Source: Bacillota bacterium
GTDB taxonomy: Bacteria; Bacillota; Clostridia; Acetivibrionales; DTU013
DNA length: 57,983 nt
Direction: 5' to 3'
Assembly (NCBI GenBank): GCA_023409615.1
Contig: JAEYRF010000225.1
Coordinates: 1 to 57,983, forward strand
Shown: positions 1 through 8,041 of the stretch, one piece after another
How positions within the stretch are numbered: position 1 is the first letter of the stretch
Layout: each line of letters begins with the position of its first letter
Notes under the pieces: generated by a model
Told to the model about the DNA's origin: nothing
Seen by the model: only the letters and a program-made list of their open reading frames with translations
Databases searched by the model: none
Program-made: the position numbers and the translations under genes

Positions 1-2
1 CT

Positions 3-1949
3 TTATTTGGCAACGAACCGGCTCCAAATGGTGGACGAATTAACATCGGTCGCTACGGCAACACTGTGGAAGCCTCTAAATCAGATGCTGTCTATCCGTC
101 CTATATTCACTACATCATTCACCCTGACGGTAAGGTTGACCAGTATGATGCTTATACCATTGATCCGGAGGAAGGCTATACTTCGCTTGTGGCATCCGGT
201 GGAAACTACAAATTTAAGGTTAATACAAATGCGTATCACTACAAGACAGGAGAATTAGTAGTCAAGGCCAATGGTGCTACTTTAACGCCTATAGGAGATG
301 TTTACACTATCAATAATATAACTCAAAACACAGCAATTACCGTAGACGGTATTGCACTGATACAGAGCTTTACTATTACCGGACAGCCTCAGAACCAGAC
401 TGTAGCTCCGGGTTCATCGGCAACCTTTTCTGTCGAAGTACAGGCTGAGGGCTATACGCCTACCTACAAATGGTGGATGCAAAGAGGTGTAGGCGCAGCT
501 CATGAAGAAGCGGGTTGTACCAGCTCAGCACTTACTATTCCTGAGGCAACTATTGCTCAAAGCGGGTGGATATACTACTGCAGTGTTGGCTATCCGACTG
601 GGGTCAACTGGTTTCCTGTTACAACTAGCAAAGCAACGCTTACAGTTGTGGATGACGGAACTCAGTACACTATCTCCGTCAGCGCAAGCCCTGCAGCGGG
701 CGGTACGGTCAGCGGCGGAGGCAGCGTCAATGCAGGCACATCTGTCACCGTGACAGCTACGCCCAATGCAGACTATAATTTTAAAAAGTGGACGGTGAAC
801 GGCTCACAGGTTAGCACAAGTGCCAGCTATACATTTAACGCCACAGCGAACCGTACTCTTGTCGCAGTCTTTGAGAGTACTCCTCCGCCTCCGCCACCGC
901 CGCCACCACCTCCACCGACAACACAAACAGTCACTCTGTCCCCTGTCACAGGTATTGGAAGCGGTGAAAGTATCACTTCCTCCAACCTCGAAAAGCTTAT
1001 CACGGAAGGCAAGGCGCTGACTGTGGAAGGCGATGACGGCGCTAAGCTAGTGTTTGACACTGACGCACTAAAAGGCATCAGCAGTCAAGCGAGCAGTAGT
1101 GTAAAGGCCGAACTCTCAGATGTGTCGGATGAGTATCAGCAAACCCATCCCGGCAAGCTTGTGTTTTCACTGACCGTTACTTCCGGAGATAAGGCAATCA
1201 CGGATTTTGGCGGTTCTGTTACAGTATTTCTTCCATATGAGCTAAAAGAAGGCGAGGATCCTGAGAATGTGAAGGTCTGGTATTTGGCGGGTGACGGCTC
1301 TATAACTGAAATCCCCTGCACCTATAATCCGGTGACAAAGCAGGTAAGCTTTGTTGTCAGCCACTTTTCTTTGTATATGGTAGGTGTCGTTTCTACACAG
1401 GTCAATCCTTTTACCGATGTGAATGAGAAGGACTGGTTCTATAACGCGGTGAGCTTCGCCTACGAAAACGGTTTAATGACCGGCACAGGCGATACGACCT
1501 TTAGTCCGGCGGCTAACACCTCCCGGGGCATGATAGTTACCATTCTATGGCGGCTTGAGGGTGAACCGGTTGCAGAAAAGCCCTTTACCTTTACTGACAC
1601 TGCTGAGAGCAAGTGGTATTATAAAGCCGTTGCATGGGCTGCTGAGAATGGCATAGTCGATGGTTACTCATCAGATAAATTCGGGCCGGAGGACAACATT
1701 ACCCGTGAGCAGATGGCCAAGATACTTTGCTCATATGCGGCTTACAAGAGCTACGATGTAAGCGCCCGCGGCGATCTCTCTGCCTTCACTGATAGCCCCT
1801 CCGGCTGGGCGCTGGAATATATGCAGTGGGCAGTTGCCGAAGGCCTGTTGCAAGGTAAGGGCAATGCTCTCCTTGACCCGAGAGGTAACACAAAGCGCAG
1901 CGAATGTGCAGCCATTTTACAGAGGTTCATTGAAAAGCATAACCCATAG
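3..1949 (+). CDS. Cell-surface protein, C-terminal part (5' end cut by the window): Ig-like and InlB-B-repeat-like modules, a poly-Pro linker, and three C-terminal SLH domains
   Basis: The frame of ORF 66..1949 stays open back to nt 3 (LFGNEPAPNGGRINIGRYGNTV...), so the GTG at 66 is not the start. There is an Ig-like stretch (ITGQPQNQTVAPGSSATFSVEV...YYCSV). There is an InlB-B-repeat-like stretch (GGTVSGGGSVNAGTSVTVTATPNADYNFKKWTVNG). The protein has 12 consecutive Pro residues. SLH motifs are present (FTDVNEKDWFYNAVSFAYENGLMTG..., FTDTAESKWYYKAVAWAAENGIVDG..., FTDSPSGWALEYMQWAVAEGLLQG...). Confidence 0.85.
   Translation, partial: LFGNEPAPNGGRINIGRYGNTVEASKSDAVYPSYIHYIIHPDGKVDQYDAYTIDPEEGYTSLVASGGNYKFKVNTNAYHYKTGELVVKANGATLTPIGDVYTINNITQNTAITVDGIALIQSFTITGQPQNQTVAPGSSATFSVEVQAEGYTPTYKWWMQRGVGAAHEEAGCTSSALTIPEATIAQSGWIYYCSVGYPTGVNWFPVTTSKATLTVVDDGTQYTISVSASPAAGGTVSGGGSVNAGTSVTVTATPNADYNFKKWTVNGSQVSTSASYTFNATANRTLVAVFESTPPPPPPPPPPPPTTQTVTLSPVTGIGSGESITSSNLEKLITEGKALTVEGDDGAKLVFDTDALKGISSQASSSVKAELSDVSDEYQQTHPGKLVFSLTVTSGDKAITDFGGSVTVFLPYELKEGEDPENVKVWYLAGDGSITEIPCTYNPVTKQVSFVVSHFSLYMVGVVSTQVNPFTDVNEKDWFYNAVSFAYENGLMTGTGDTTFSPAANTSRGMIVTILWRLEGEPVAEKPFTFTDTAESKWYYKAVAWAAENGIVDGYSSDKFGPEDNITREQMAKILCSYAAYKSYDVSARGDLSAFTDSPSGWALEYMQWAVAEGLLQGKGNALLDPRGNTKRSECAAILQRFIEKHNP
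882..917 (+). repeat. Twelve consecutive proline codons (mixed CCT/CCG/CCA) forming the linker of the first surface protein
   Basis: Read directly as cct ccg cct ccg cca ccg ccg cca cca cct cca ccg, in frame with the CDS. Confidence 0.9.
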
Positions 1950-2039
1950 CATAACAAGGTTACATAATGTTAATCACCTTACAAGATGCCTGGGCTATTC
2001 TGAGCAAACGCTACAAAAGATATGTAACACAATAATGAT

Positions 2040-2074
2040 AAGGGTGCGGCTACTAAAAACCGCACCCTTTTATT
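2040..2074. terminator. Bidirectional rho-independent terminator between convergent SLH genes
   Basis: Hairpin aagggtgcgg-ctactaaaaa-ccgcaccctt with a 10-bp stem. It is followed by ttttattt on the + strand and preceded by an A/T-rich run that serves the - strand. Confidence 0.7.
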
Positions 2075-2102
2075 TACCATTGTCCGATCCTTTTTTGATA
2101 CC

Positions 2103-5100
2103 TTATTTCATCACTGCTTCAATAAACCGCTGAATAATTGTTGCGACCTCGGCTCGGGTGGCGGTTTCCTGCGGGGCAAATACTCCTCCGGTTCTTCCTC
2201 CGATGATGCCTGTTGTCTGGCAGTATAGTGCCGCATCCTTGGCGTAGCTTGAAATGCTTGCATCATCGGGATATTCAAGCGAGGTGTCCATGCTATCCGG
2301 CAATACACTGAGGAAGTCTGCAAAACGGTATAGTATCGCCGCCATCTGCTCGCGGGTTATAAGCGTGTCTGGCGCGAATTTACCGCTGCCAATGCCCATA
2401 ATGATTTCATTCTCATCCGCCCAATCGACATACTTGCCATAGTATGAACCATAGTGACAATCGATGAAAGCGTGTGTGTCTGAGGATTCAATCCCTCCGA
2501 AGCTGCGCTCGTAAAGCCGCCCGATGACAGCTGCGAACATGGCTCGAGTCATGCCCAACTCTGGGGAGAATTTATTGCCGCCTGTGCCTAAGAAGAGCTC
2601 TCGTTCAGTTGTGAAGCCTACATACGGCAGTGCCCAATGTCCGGCGACGTCTGTGAAGCTCTTGTCGTTGTGCATCACCAAAACAGTCACACCTTCAGGA
2701 GCGATATACTTTCCGTTTGCCGCAAAGCCGATAAATATCTTGATTCCTTTCACGTCCGTGTAATATGGAACACCTGTAAATTCATCGTAGGCGCCTGTAA
2801 ATTCACCGAGGACACCTGCTGATTCATCGTTGCTCCTTGAGTTTTTGACCACCAGTGCATAGGGTGAGAATTCCGTTGCCTCAAAAACGAGATACCACAC
2901 GCTGTCTTTTTGTATAAGCCTTGAATTAAGTGTTGTAACCGTTCCATCACTGGACTTATGTGCTATCAATAGGGAGTTTCTTTTATTTACAAGGTTTTCC
3001 GGTATTGGAAGGGATATAGTTACGGCGTATCCGTCAGCAGGCTCGGTTTTCGTGTTGGTGCCTTTAATATAGAGCGAAATGTCAAACGGATAAACCTCAT
3101 CACTTGCACTGAGCCTGAAACTTGCTACATCCTCGGCTGTGTCGGTAACCTTTACTTCGACGGAGTTTGAGAAAGCGTTGTCCATATTTGCTTCTGCCGT
3201 TATCGTACCCTGCGCGCCGTCGAACAGTTTGCTGCTCGTCTCTGTGACGGTGATTGTCCTGGTAGGAGTATTAACTATAGGAACTGGGGGCGCCGGGAGT
3301 TCTGCAAATACGGCTTCTACCGTCACAGCGTATGCAGGCATTGTGAAGGAATTTCCACTTAAGCTGACCGTCGTGCCGGTGTCGCCGGTTTTATATACGT
3401 TCCATGAGGAAAATGTGTATCCGCTGCTCGGGGCGGCTGTCAGTGTTACAGTATCGCCCGGCGCGGCATGCGTGATGATAATGTCATCGACTTCCGCCGT
3501 AAGGCTTCCATTGGGGGCAGTGGTGCATGTGACGGCGTTCGACGGGGCAATACGAATGTAAGTGAGCATCGTATTGCCTTCCCTATAAGTCTTTTCGGAC
3601 CATGTGACGTTGGCAAGATTGTTGACGCGCGTTCCTGCTGTGTACACGCCGCCGGACACGCTTCCGCCTGTTTCCGCCCCAAGAATAGCCGTACCCACAA
3701 GTGTCGGTGCGTTCACCGAATTTGTAGAATTTATTGCGCCGTAAGGCCCCCCGCCGCCCTTTGCGGTCAGTGTGCCGTCAGTGACCGTAATCGTTCCTGT
3801 GTTAATAGTAATAACGCCGCAGTAACCACAGGCGTTTACTATAGCGTCATTGATCGTGAGGTTGCCGCCGTAGACACCGAGGCCTGCGTTGAAGGGTCCG
3901 CCAACCGCGTTGATTGTCCCACCTTCAATGGTTACATTCCCGACGTAGACCGATATGGCGTTGAGGATGGCGCGTATGTTCAGCGTACCGGTGCCGTATA
4001 TCCTCAGCGCACCGTCCTCTACGATGATACCACCGGGATTCGAGCCGTTCCCCTTGAGTGCGATATCATTGATACTGGTGCCTTCAAGAAAGAGATCTAT
4101 ATCCACGCCCACATTAGCGCAAATACCGGCTGGATTAGGATATCCCTTCGACTCTCTGATGCTGATACCGTTCATGTACAGGTTGTATCCCGCGTCGCTG
4201 GTATCATAACCCACGCGCCATGCGTAGCCGCCGTCGGCGGTAGCGCCTTCATTGTCATGGAAAAAATCCCCATAGACGGCGCTGTTGTCAACACCGGTCC
4301 ACAGCGTTGCGTCGTATTTACAAAATGGGAAGCCGCCCACCCACAAGTCGTTGCCTTCTGTTGGGTCAGCCGGGTTATATACAACAGGTGCCGCGGCGTT
4401 GTTATACAGCACCGTGAGCGTATAAGCCCCTGCCTCTACTTTTGTCATAATAACGGCGCATTTATTGTTAGCGGCCGATGGGTTGATATAATCCGATGGG
4501 TCACCCCTCACACCGAAGGCCGTAGTACCGCCCTGGGCGTATACGGCGCCGCCTAGAATCTCCACATAGTCGTCGGAGTATACACCGTAGCAATTATCGG
4601 TTCCCCCGACGGCGCTAGCGATCACGGTTCCCCCAACAATCACCACGCTGTTATTGCCGTATACGCCATAGCAGTTCGGGAATCCTTCAACGACCTCGGC
4701 AATCAAGGTTCCGCCGCGTATGACAACATGACCTCCTTCTTCAGCAACCTCACCTTCCCGAGCACCTACACCATAGGCGTCCCGGTCATCCAGGCTTTTG
4801 GCACTGACCGTTCCGCCGTTAATATTGATGTCGCCGCCATAGGAATTAATACCATACCATGCTCCTTCCGCGCTGATGTTGCCGCCATAAATATTGATAT
4901 CTCCACAGCTGGCAGAAATACCAATGTTTCCTTCGACGTCTATGCTTCCGCTGTGGATATCAATGTTTCCGTCAATGACGAAGATACCGGCTCTATTGGC
5001 ATTAATAATAATACTGCCGTCTCCGTCGAAATCAAGCCCGTCCTTTGTTACGATTCCTACTCCCGAAATGGCTGGCGCTATCTGGTTTTCGCCCTCCAGT

Positions 5101-6227
5101 ACAATGTTTAGACTCGATAGTGCGAAGACTGAGGCGGCGGTCTCAGATTCATCATCCGATGTAAGGTAACCCGAATGTACGCCGGTCAGGTTGGCATTAC
5201 GGAGCGTCAGCGTACGGGTGGATCTTTCATATTTGGCATTAAAGTGATCCGCGTCCGCACCGGAATCCGTAATGCTGCCGGTATTATCATTGAGCCAGTA
5301 GGTGACGGCGCCGGGTGCTCCGGATACCTTTTTTCCTCCGACATAGACTTCGTGGCAGGAAATGATTTCAACGTATTTTAATGTATTGTTGTTAGTAAAC
5401 TCAAGGTCGAGAGATTGTGTATAGTCACCAACCGGAGTCGAGGCGTCTGTGTTTGTTTTGAAGCTGTAGGGATTTGCGGTCACCGAAACGGAACCGGTGG
5501 TGTATAGAGCCTGCGAATTGCCAAGTGCAGTTAATTGTCCGCCGGAAATTATTATACCGGAGTTGTTTGCAGTGAGGCCATCTCCTAACGCAGAAGCAAT
5601 GACTGTGCCGCCCGAAACGGTTATGGGCCCACTGTTTGCTGTTATGCCAAAACCGACATTTGAAACAGTGACCTCGCCGGCTTCAATTGTGACGCCGTTG
5701 ACACCACAAATGCCCGTTTGTGAAGCCACATCGCTACCGGTAACGGTCAGATTCCCATCGCCTCTTATAGTAAGAATTCCCGGTGTGAATATGCCATAAG
5801 GAATATTTGTGTCAGCTACGTCGATGCTGTTGACTGCCTCGTCGTTCAGATAAATATTCAGTGCCGTGGTACATAGAATGCCATAGTTGATAGTTTCATC
5901 TTCGCCTACTTCTTCCTGAAGGTAACTTATAATATCTATACCATTAAGCGTAAGGGTAAAGCTCTCACTGTCCTCGTCAAAGTTCACAGAGAATAGGTAA
6001 TCATTAGAATTGCCTGTCTGAGCATATACATAATCTCCACTTTCCGCTTCATTCCAGTAATAGGTGGTCCCTGCCACCCAGGGTGATTCAGGAGAGTCTG
6101 CAGTGTAGTCAAACACAAGTGTATCACCCACATATAGCATATAAACCGCATCTGCCAGAGCAGTCGACGGCAGCAGGGTAAGCACCAAACACAGGGTCAG
6201 CAGGATACTGAGAACTCTTTTTCTCAT
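2103..6227 (-). CDS. Large secreted S-layer-anchored protein with beta-helix-like repeats, an InlB-B-repeat-like module, and three C-terminal SLH domains
   Basis: 1374-aa ORF with AAGGAG 9 nt upstream of the ATG. Signal peptide is MRKRVLSILLTLCLVLTLLPSTALA. The motif I-x-G-G-x-[VIL]-x-A recurs (VSGGTVIA, ISGGQLTA, IYGGNISA, INGGTVSA, IRGGTLIA, IVGGTVIA, IEGGTINA). SLH motifs are present (FTDVAGHWALPYVGFTTERELFLGTG..., YGKYVDWADENEIIMGIGSGKFAP..., ISSYAKDAALYCQTTGIIGG...). Confidence 0.9.
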   Translation of the reverse strand: MRKRVLSILLTLCLVLTLLPSTALADAVYMLYVGDTLVFDYTADSPESPWVAGTTYYWNEAESGDYVYAQTGNSNDYLFSVNFDEDSESFTLTLNGIDIISYLQEEVGEDETINYGILCTTALNIYLNDEAVNSIDVADTNIPYGIFTPGILTIRGDGNLTVTGSDVASQTGICGVNGVTIEAGEVTVSNVGFGITANSGPITVSGGTVIASALGDGLTANNSGIIISGGQLTALGNSQALYTTGSVSVTANPYSFKTNTDASTPVGDYTQSLDLEFTNNNTLKYVEIISCHEVYVGGKKVSGAPGAVTYWLNDNTGSITDSGADADHFNAKYERSTRTLTLRNANLTGVHSGYLTSDDESETAASVFALSSLNIVLEGENQIAPAISGVGIVTKDGLDFDGDGSIIINANRAGIFVIDGNIDIHSGSIDVEGNIGISASCGDINIYGGNISAEGAWYGINSYGGDININGGTVSAKSLDDRDAYGVGAREGEVAEEGGHVVIRGGTLIAEVVEGFPNCYGVYGNNSVVIVGGTVIASAVGGTDNCYGVYSDDYVEILGGAVYAQGGTTAFGVRGDPSDYINPSAANNKCAVIMTKVEAGAYTLTVLYNNAAAPVVYNPADPTEGNDLWVGGFPFCKYDATLWTGVDNSAVYGDFFHDNEGATADGGYAWRVGYDTSDAGYNLYMNGISIRESKGYPNPAGICANVGVDIDLFLEGTSINDIALKGNGSNPGGIIVEDGALRIYGTGTLNIRAILNAISVYVGNVTIEGGTINAVGGPFNAGLGVYGGNLTINDAIVNACGYCGVITINTGTITVTDGTLTAKGGGGPYGAINSTNSVNAPTLVGTAILGAETGGSVSGGVYTAGTRVNNLANVTWSEKTYREGNTMLTYIRIAPSNAVTCTTAPNGSLTAEVDDIIITHAAPGDTVTLTAAPSSGYTFSSWNVYKTGDTGTTVSLSGNSFTMPAYAVTVEAVFAELPAPPVPIVNTPTRTITVTETSSKLFDGAQGTITAEANMDNAFSNSVEVKVTDTAEDVASFRLSASDEVYPFDISLYIKGTNTKTEPADGYAVTISLPIPENLVNKRNSLLIAHKSSDGTVTTLNSRLIQKDSVWYLVFEATEFSPYALVVKNSRSNDESAGVLGEFTGAYDEFTGVPYYTDVKGIKIFIGFAANGKYIAPEGVTVLVMHNDKSFTDVAGHWALPYVGFTTERELFLGTGGNKFSPELGMTRAMFAAVIGRLYERSFGGIESSDTHAFIDCHYGSYYGKYVDWADENEIIMGIGSGKFAPDTLITREQMAAILYRFADFLSVLPDSMDTSLEYPDDASISSYAKDAALYCQTTGIIGGRTGGVFAPQETATRAEVATIIQRFIEAVMK

Positions 6228-6254
6228 ACTATTTTTCTCCTTTATTGTTCGATT

Positions 6255-6524
6255 TTATCTGTCGCTTTTTCGCGCTTCGGCGGTACGCCGCTTTTCCATC
6301 CGCGCATCGATTTTATCTCTTAGGCAGACTGGACATCCGGTGCTGCCCCTGACGCGGGATGAAAGCTGTGTCTGCCATGAATGGCTGTTTTCACACTTCC
6401 ACCATACCCGTTCCGTGCTGGTGGAGGCTATTCTCTCGGGAGTAAGCGGAGAGTTTTTCTCGGCATCCCATTGCTCCAGCAGAGATTTCTTATCATGCTT
6501 TAGGCAGTGACTGTATAGGCTCAT
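6255..6524 (-). CDS. Small zinc-ribbon protein (treble-clef, DUF4379-like)
   Basis: 89-aa ORF with GGAGGAG upstream of the ATG. The motif WWKCENSHSWQTQLSSRVRGSTGCPVC matches the W-x-C-x2-GH-x-W...GCPxC zinc-ribbon pattern. It ends 27 nt upstream of the 1374-aa gene on the same strand. Confidence 0.7.
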   Translation of the reverse strand: MSLYSHCLKHDKKSLLEQWDAEKNSPLTPERIASTSTERVWWKCENSHSWQTQLSSRVRGSTGCPVCLRDKIDARMEKRRTAEARKSDR

Positions 6525-6587
6525 AGCAGTCTCCTCCTTCTATAGTGGAAGATCCTCTTGTTATAGAAAATATTTAATGCTATTATA

Positions 6588-6618
6588 ATTTTACACCTCG
6601 TGTTAACACGAGAGTCAA
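6588..6618 (-). promoter_or_regulatory. MerR-type promoter/operator: -35 TTGACT, a 19-nt spacer carrying a 16-bp perfect dyad, and -10 TAAAAT, reading toward the zinc-ribbon and 1374-aa SLH genes
   Basis: The minus strand reads TTGACT-ctcgtgttaacacgaggtg-TAAAAT. The dyad CTCGTGTTAACACGAG lies at 6597..6612. The divergent MerR-family gene starts at 6690. Confidence 0.65.
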
Positions 6619-6689
6619 GATTAAAGTAAAAAATATCTTTTTTTGTCGATTATGTGGTGAATATATTATTAGAATAGGGGGTTCGTTTC

Positions 6690-7493
6690 ATGCCAAAACC
6701 GGTAGGATTGTTCCCCATTGGCTGGATTGCCGCCGCCTGCGGGATAAGCATCAACGCGCTGAGATTTTATGAAACGAAAGCGCTAATAAAGCCGGCTCAC
6801 ACAGACCCAGAGACCGGTTACCGCTATTACAGCCGTAAAAACCTGCTTCGACTACGGACGATTTTGAGACTTAAGGATGCGGGACTTTCATTGCCTGAGA
6901 TAAAGGAATATTTGGATGGTGACATTGACAAGGCTGCTAAAATAACTGCTCTGGAAGAACGGCGAGATGCGCTCATTATTGCAATTGAAGATTTGAAGAT
7001 AAGAAACACGCAGCCAGGTGAGCTTTCCGTTCGAAAGATTCTATTGCCGGAGCGCCTGTGTCTATGCCGGACGATAACGGCAAAAGACGGGGAGTCCGCC
7101 ATTATAGCTATCGGTGAATTCTATGACGAGCTTATATGCAAGGGCATACATATAAGCCGCGATTGGCCGGAGTTCTGTGAATATCTGGACTACGATCTTT
7201 TAAAGGGTGAGTTTAAGGTAACTGATTTTATTGTCACCGCCTGCCTTCCCATAGATAAGAAAAACGCACCGCCGGAAGCGGTTTTCTACCCCTCAGGAAA
7301 CGCGGTAGCGGTAAATTTCAGAGGTAGCTATTATGAGCTTTGTCAAGCATACGAGGCTTTAGGCAAATTCATTATTCAACATGGATATACTCCCTCAGGC
7401 TACCCGCAGGAGATTTATCTGGAGACTGAGGCTGACGGCTTGGTTCAAATCGGCAACACAAATAATGTTACACGTGTAATTATCCCGATATAA
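6690..7493 (+). CDS. MerR-family transcriptional regulator with a C-terminal GyrI-like (BmrR-type) effector-binding domain
   Basis: 267-aa ORF with AGGGGG RBS. N-terminal MerR helix-turn-helix (HTH): IGWIAAACGISINALRFYETKALIKP...GYRYYS. A coiled-coil linker follows. The roughly 150-aa C-terminal domain has the length and pattern of GyrI-like modules. Confidence 0.8.
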   Translation: MPKPVGLFPIGWIAAACGISINALRFYETKALIKPAHTDPETGYRYYSRKNLLRLRTILRLKDAGLSLPEIKEYLDGDIDKAAKITALEERRDALIIAIEDLKIRNTQPGELSVRKILLPERLCLCRTITAKDGESAIIAIGEFYDELICKGIHISRDWPEFCEYLDYDLLKGEFKVTDFIVTACLPIDKKNAPPEAVFYPSGNAVAVNFRGSYYELCQAYEALGKFIIQHGYTPSGYPQEIYLETEADGLVQIGNTNNVTRVIIPI

Positions 7494-7514
7494 TAGTTTT
7501 TGGATATATATGGT

Positions 7515-7709
7515 CAGATTGTCCGAAATGGCATTGAAAGTAGTACTTCTTTTTACCAGACTGCTGATAACCGCTATCGGTCAAAACTAGAATTTCATTA
7601 CAAATAATTTAACGAATCATACAACGCTGCCCATATTTGTAGCTTTGGGACAGAAAAAGTCTCAAATATGCTGAAAACCCGCTAAAATAGCGGGTTTTCG
7701 GACAATCTG
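7515..7709. repeat. Pair of 14-bp perfect inverted repeats (CAGATTGTCCGAAA / TTTCGGACAATCTG) bracketing 167 bp and abutting the tRNA 3' end
   Basis: The left copy is at 7515..7528 and the right copy at 7696..7709. The right copy ends one nt before the tRNA CCA end at 7710. Confidence 0.8.
7673..7699. terminator. Hairpin terminator downstream of tRNA-Arg, possibly also serving the MerR gene
   Basis: gaaaacccgc-taaaata-gcgggttttc, a GC core stem flanked by A/T runs on both sides. Confidence 0.5.
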
Positions 7710-7786
7710 TGGTGCGCCCGAGAGGATTCGAACCTCCGGCCTGCGGTTTAGGAAACCGACGCTCTATCCTGCTGAGCTACGGGCGC
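7710..7786 (-). tRNA. tRNA-Arg (anticodon CCU), 77 nt with encoded CCA
   Basis: The reverse complement is GCGCCCGTAGCTCAGCAGGATAGAGCGTCGGTTTCCTAAACCGCAGGCCGGAGGTTCGAATCCTCTCGGGCGCACCA. It has a 7-bp acceptor stem, a GCTC/GAGC D stem, an anticodon loop TTCCTAA, a GGAGG/CCTCT T stem with a TTCGAAT loop, discriminator A and CCA. Confidence 0.95.
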
Positions 7787-7827
7787 ATGTATCAAAAAAA
7801 TATTGCTTAGGAAACTAAGGCGTTATA

Positions 7828-7856
7828 ATTGTACAATGAAATATAGGCTTTGTCAA
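7828..7856 (-). promoter_or_regulatory. Sigma-A-type promoter for tRNA-Arg
   Basis: The minus strand reads TTGACA-17 nt-TACAAT. The -10 element ends about 40 nt upstream of the tRNA 5' end. Confidence 0.55.
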
Positions 7857-8041
7857 CCCTGCTGAAACCTCGTTGAAACACAGTATAAAGGCGGTTTTCG
7901 GTCACCATGAGTTCCAATAGTATGCCTCTCTATCGAAAGATCAATCTGCGATATCACAATCTGTAACGTAATTTGTTATGAGTTAATTTCATGCTTCTAT
8001 ATGCCGATATTTATATTGGAATATGCTTTCGGGGGGATTGT

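Noticed and set aside
882-917. The poly-proline tract as a phase-variable simple-sequence repeat
   Set aside because: The codons alternate CCT, CCG and CCA rather than forming a pure homopolymer or perfect trinucleotide array. Slippage-driven on/off switching is therefore unlikely, and the tract is in frame and acts as a linker.
3468-4556. 362-aa ORF on the + strand inside the 1374-aa SLH gene
   Set aside because: It is fully antisense to a gene with strong protein-like repeat and SLH structure. Its product is Arg/Cys/Val-rich with no motifs, no RBS and no independent support. It is a typical shadow ORF of a GC-richer coding region.
7710-7786. tRNA-Arg as the attachment site of an integrated element or genomic island
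   Set aside because: The window has no integrase, no direct repeat of the tRNA 3' end and no phage or conjugation genes. Only the short inverted-repeat pair is reported.
7860-8041. A c-di-GMP or other riboswitch in the leaders of the surface-protein genes, the PilZ gene and the tad operon (also 45777..45963)
   Set aside because: I could not recognise GEMM-I/II or other riboswitch consensus cores by eye. This needs a covariance-model scan (Rfam/Infernal) to be excluded properly.
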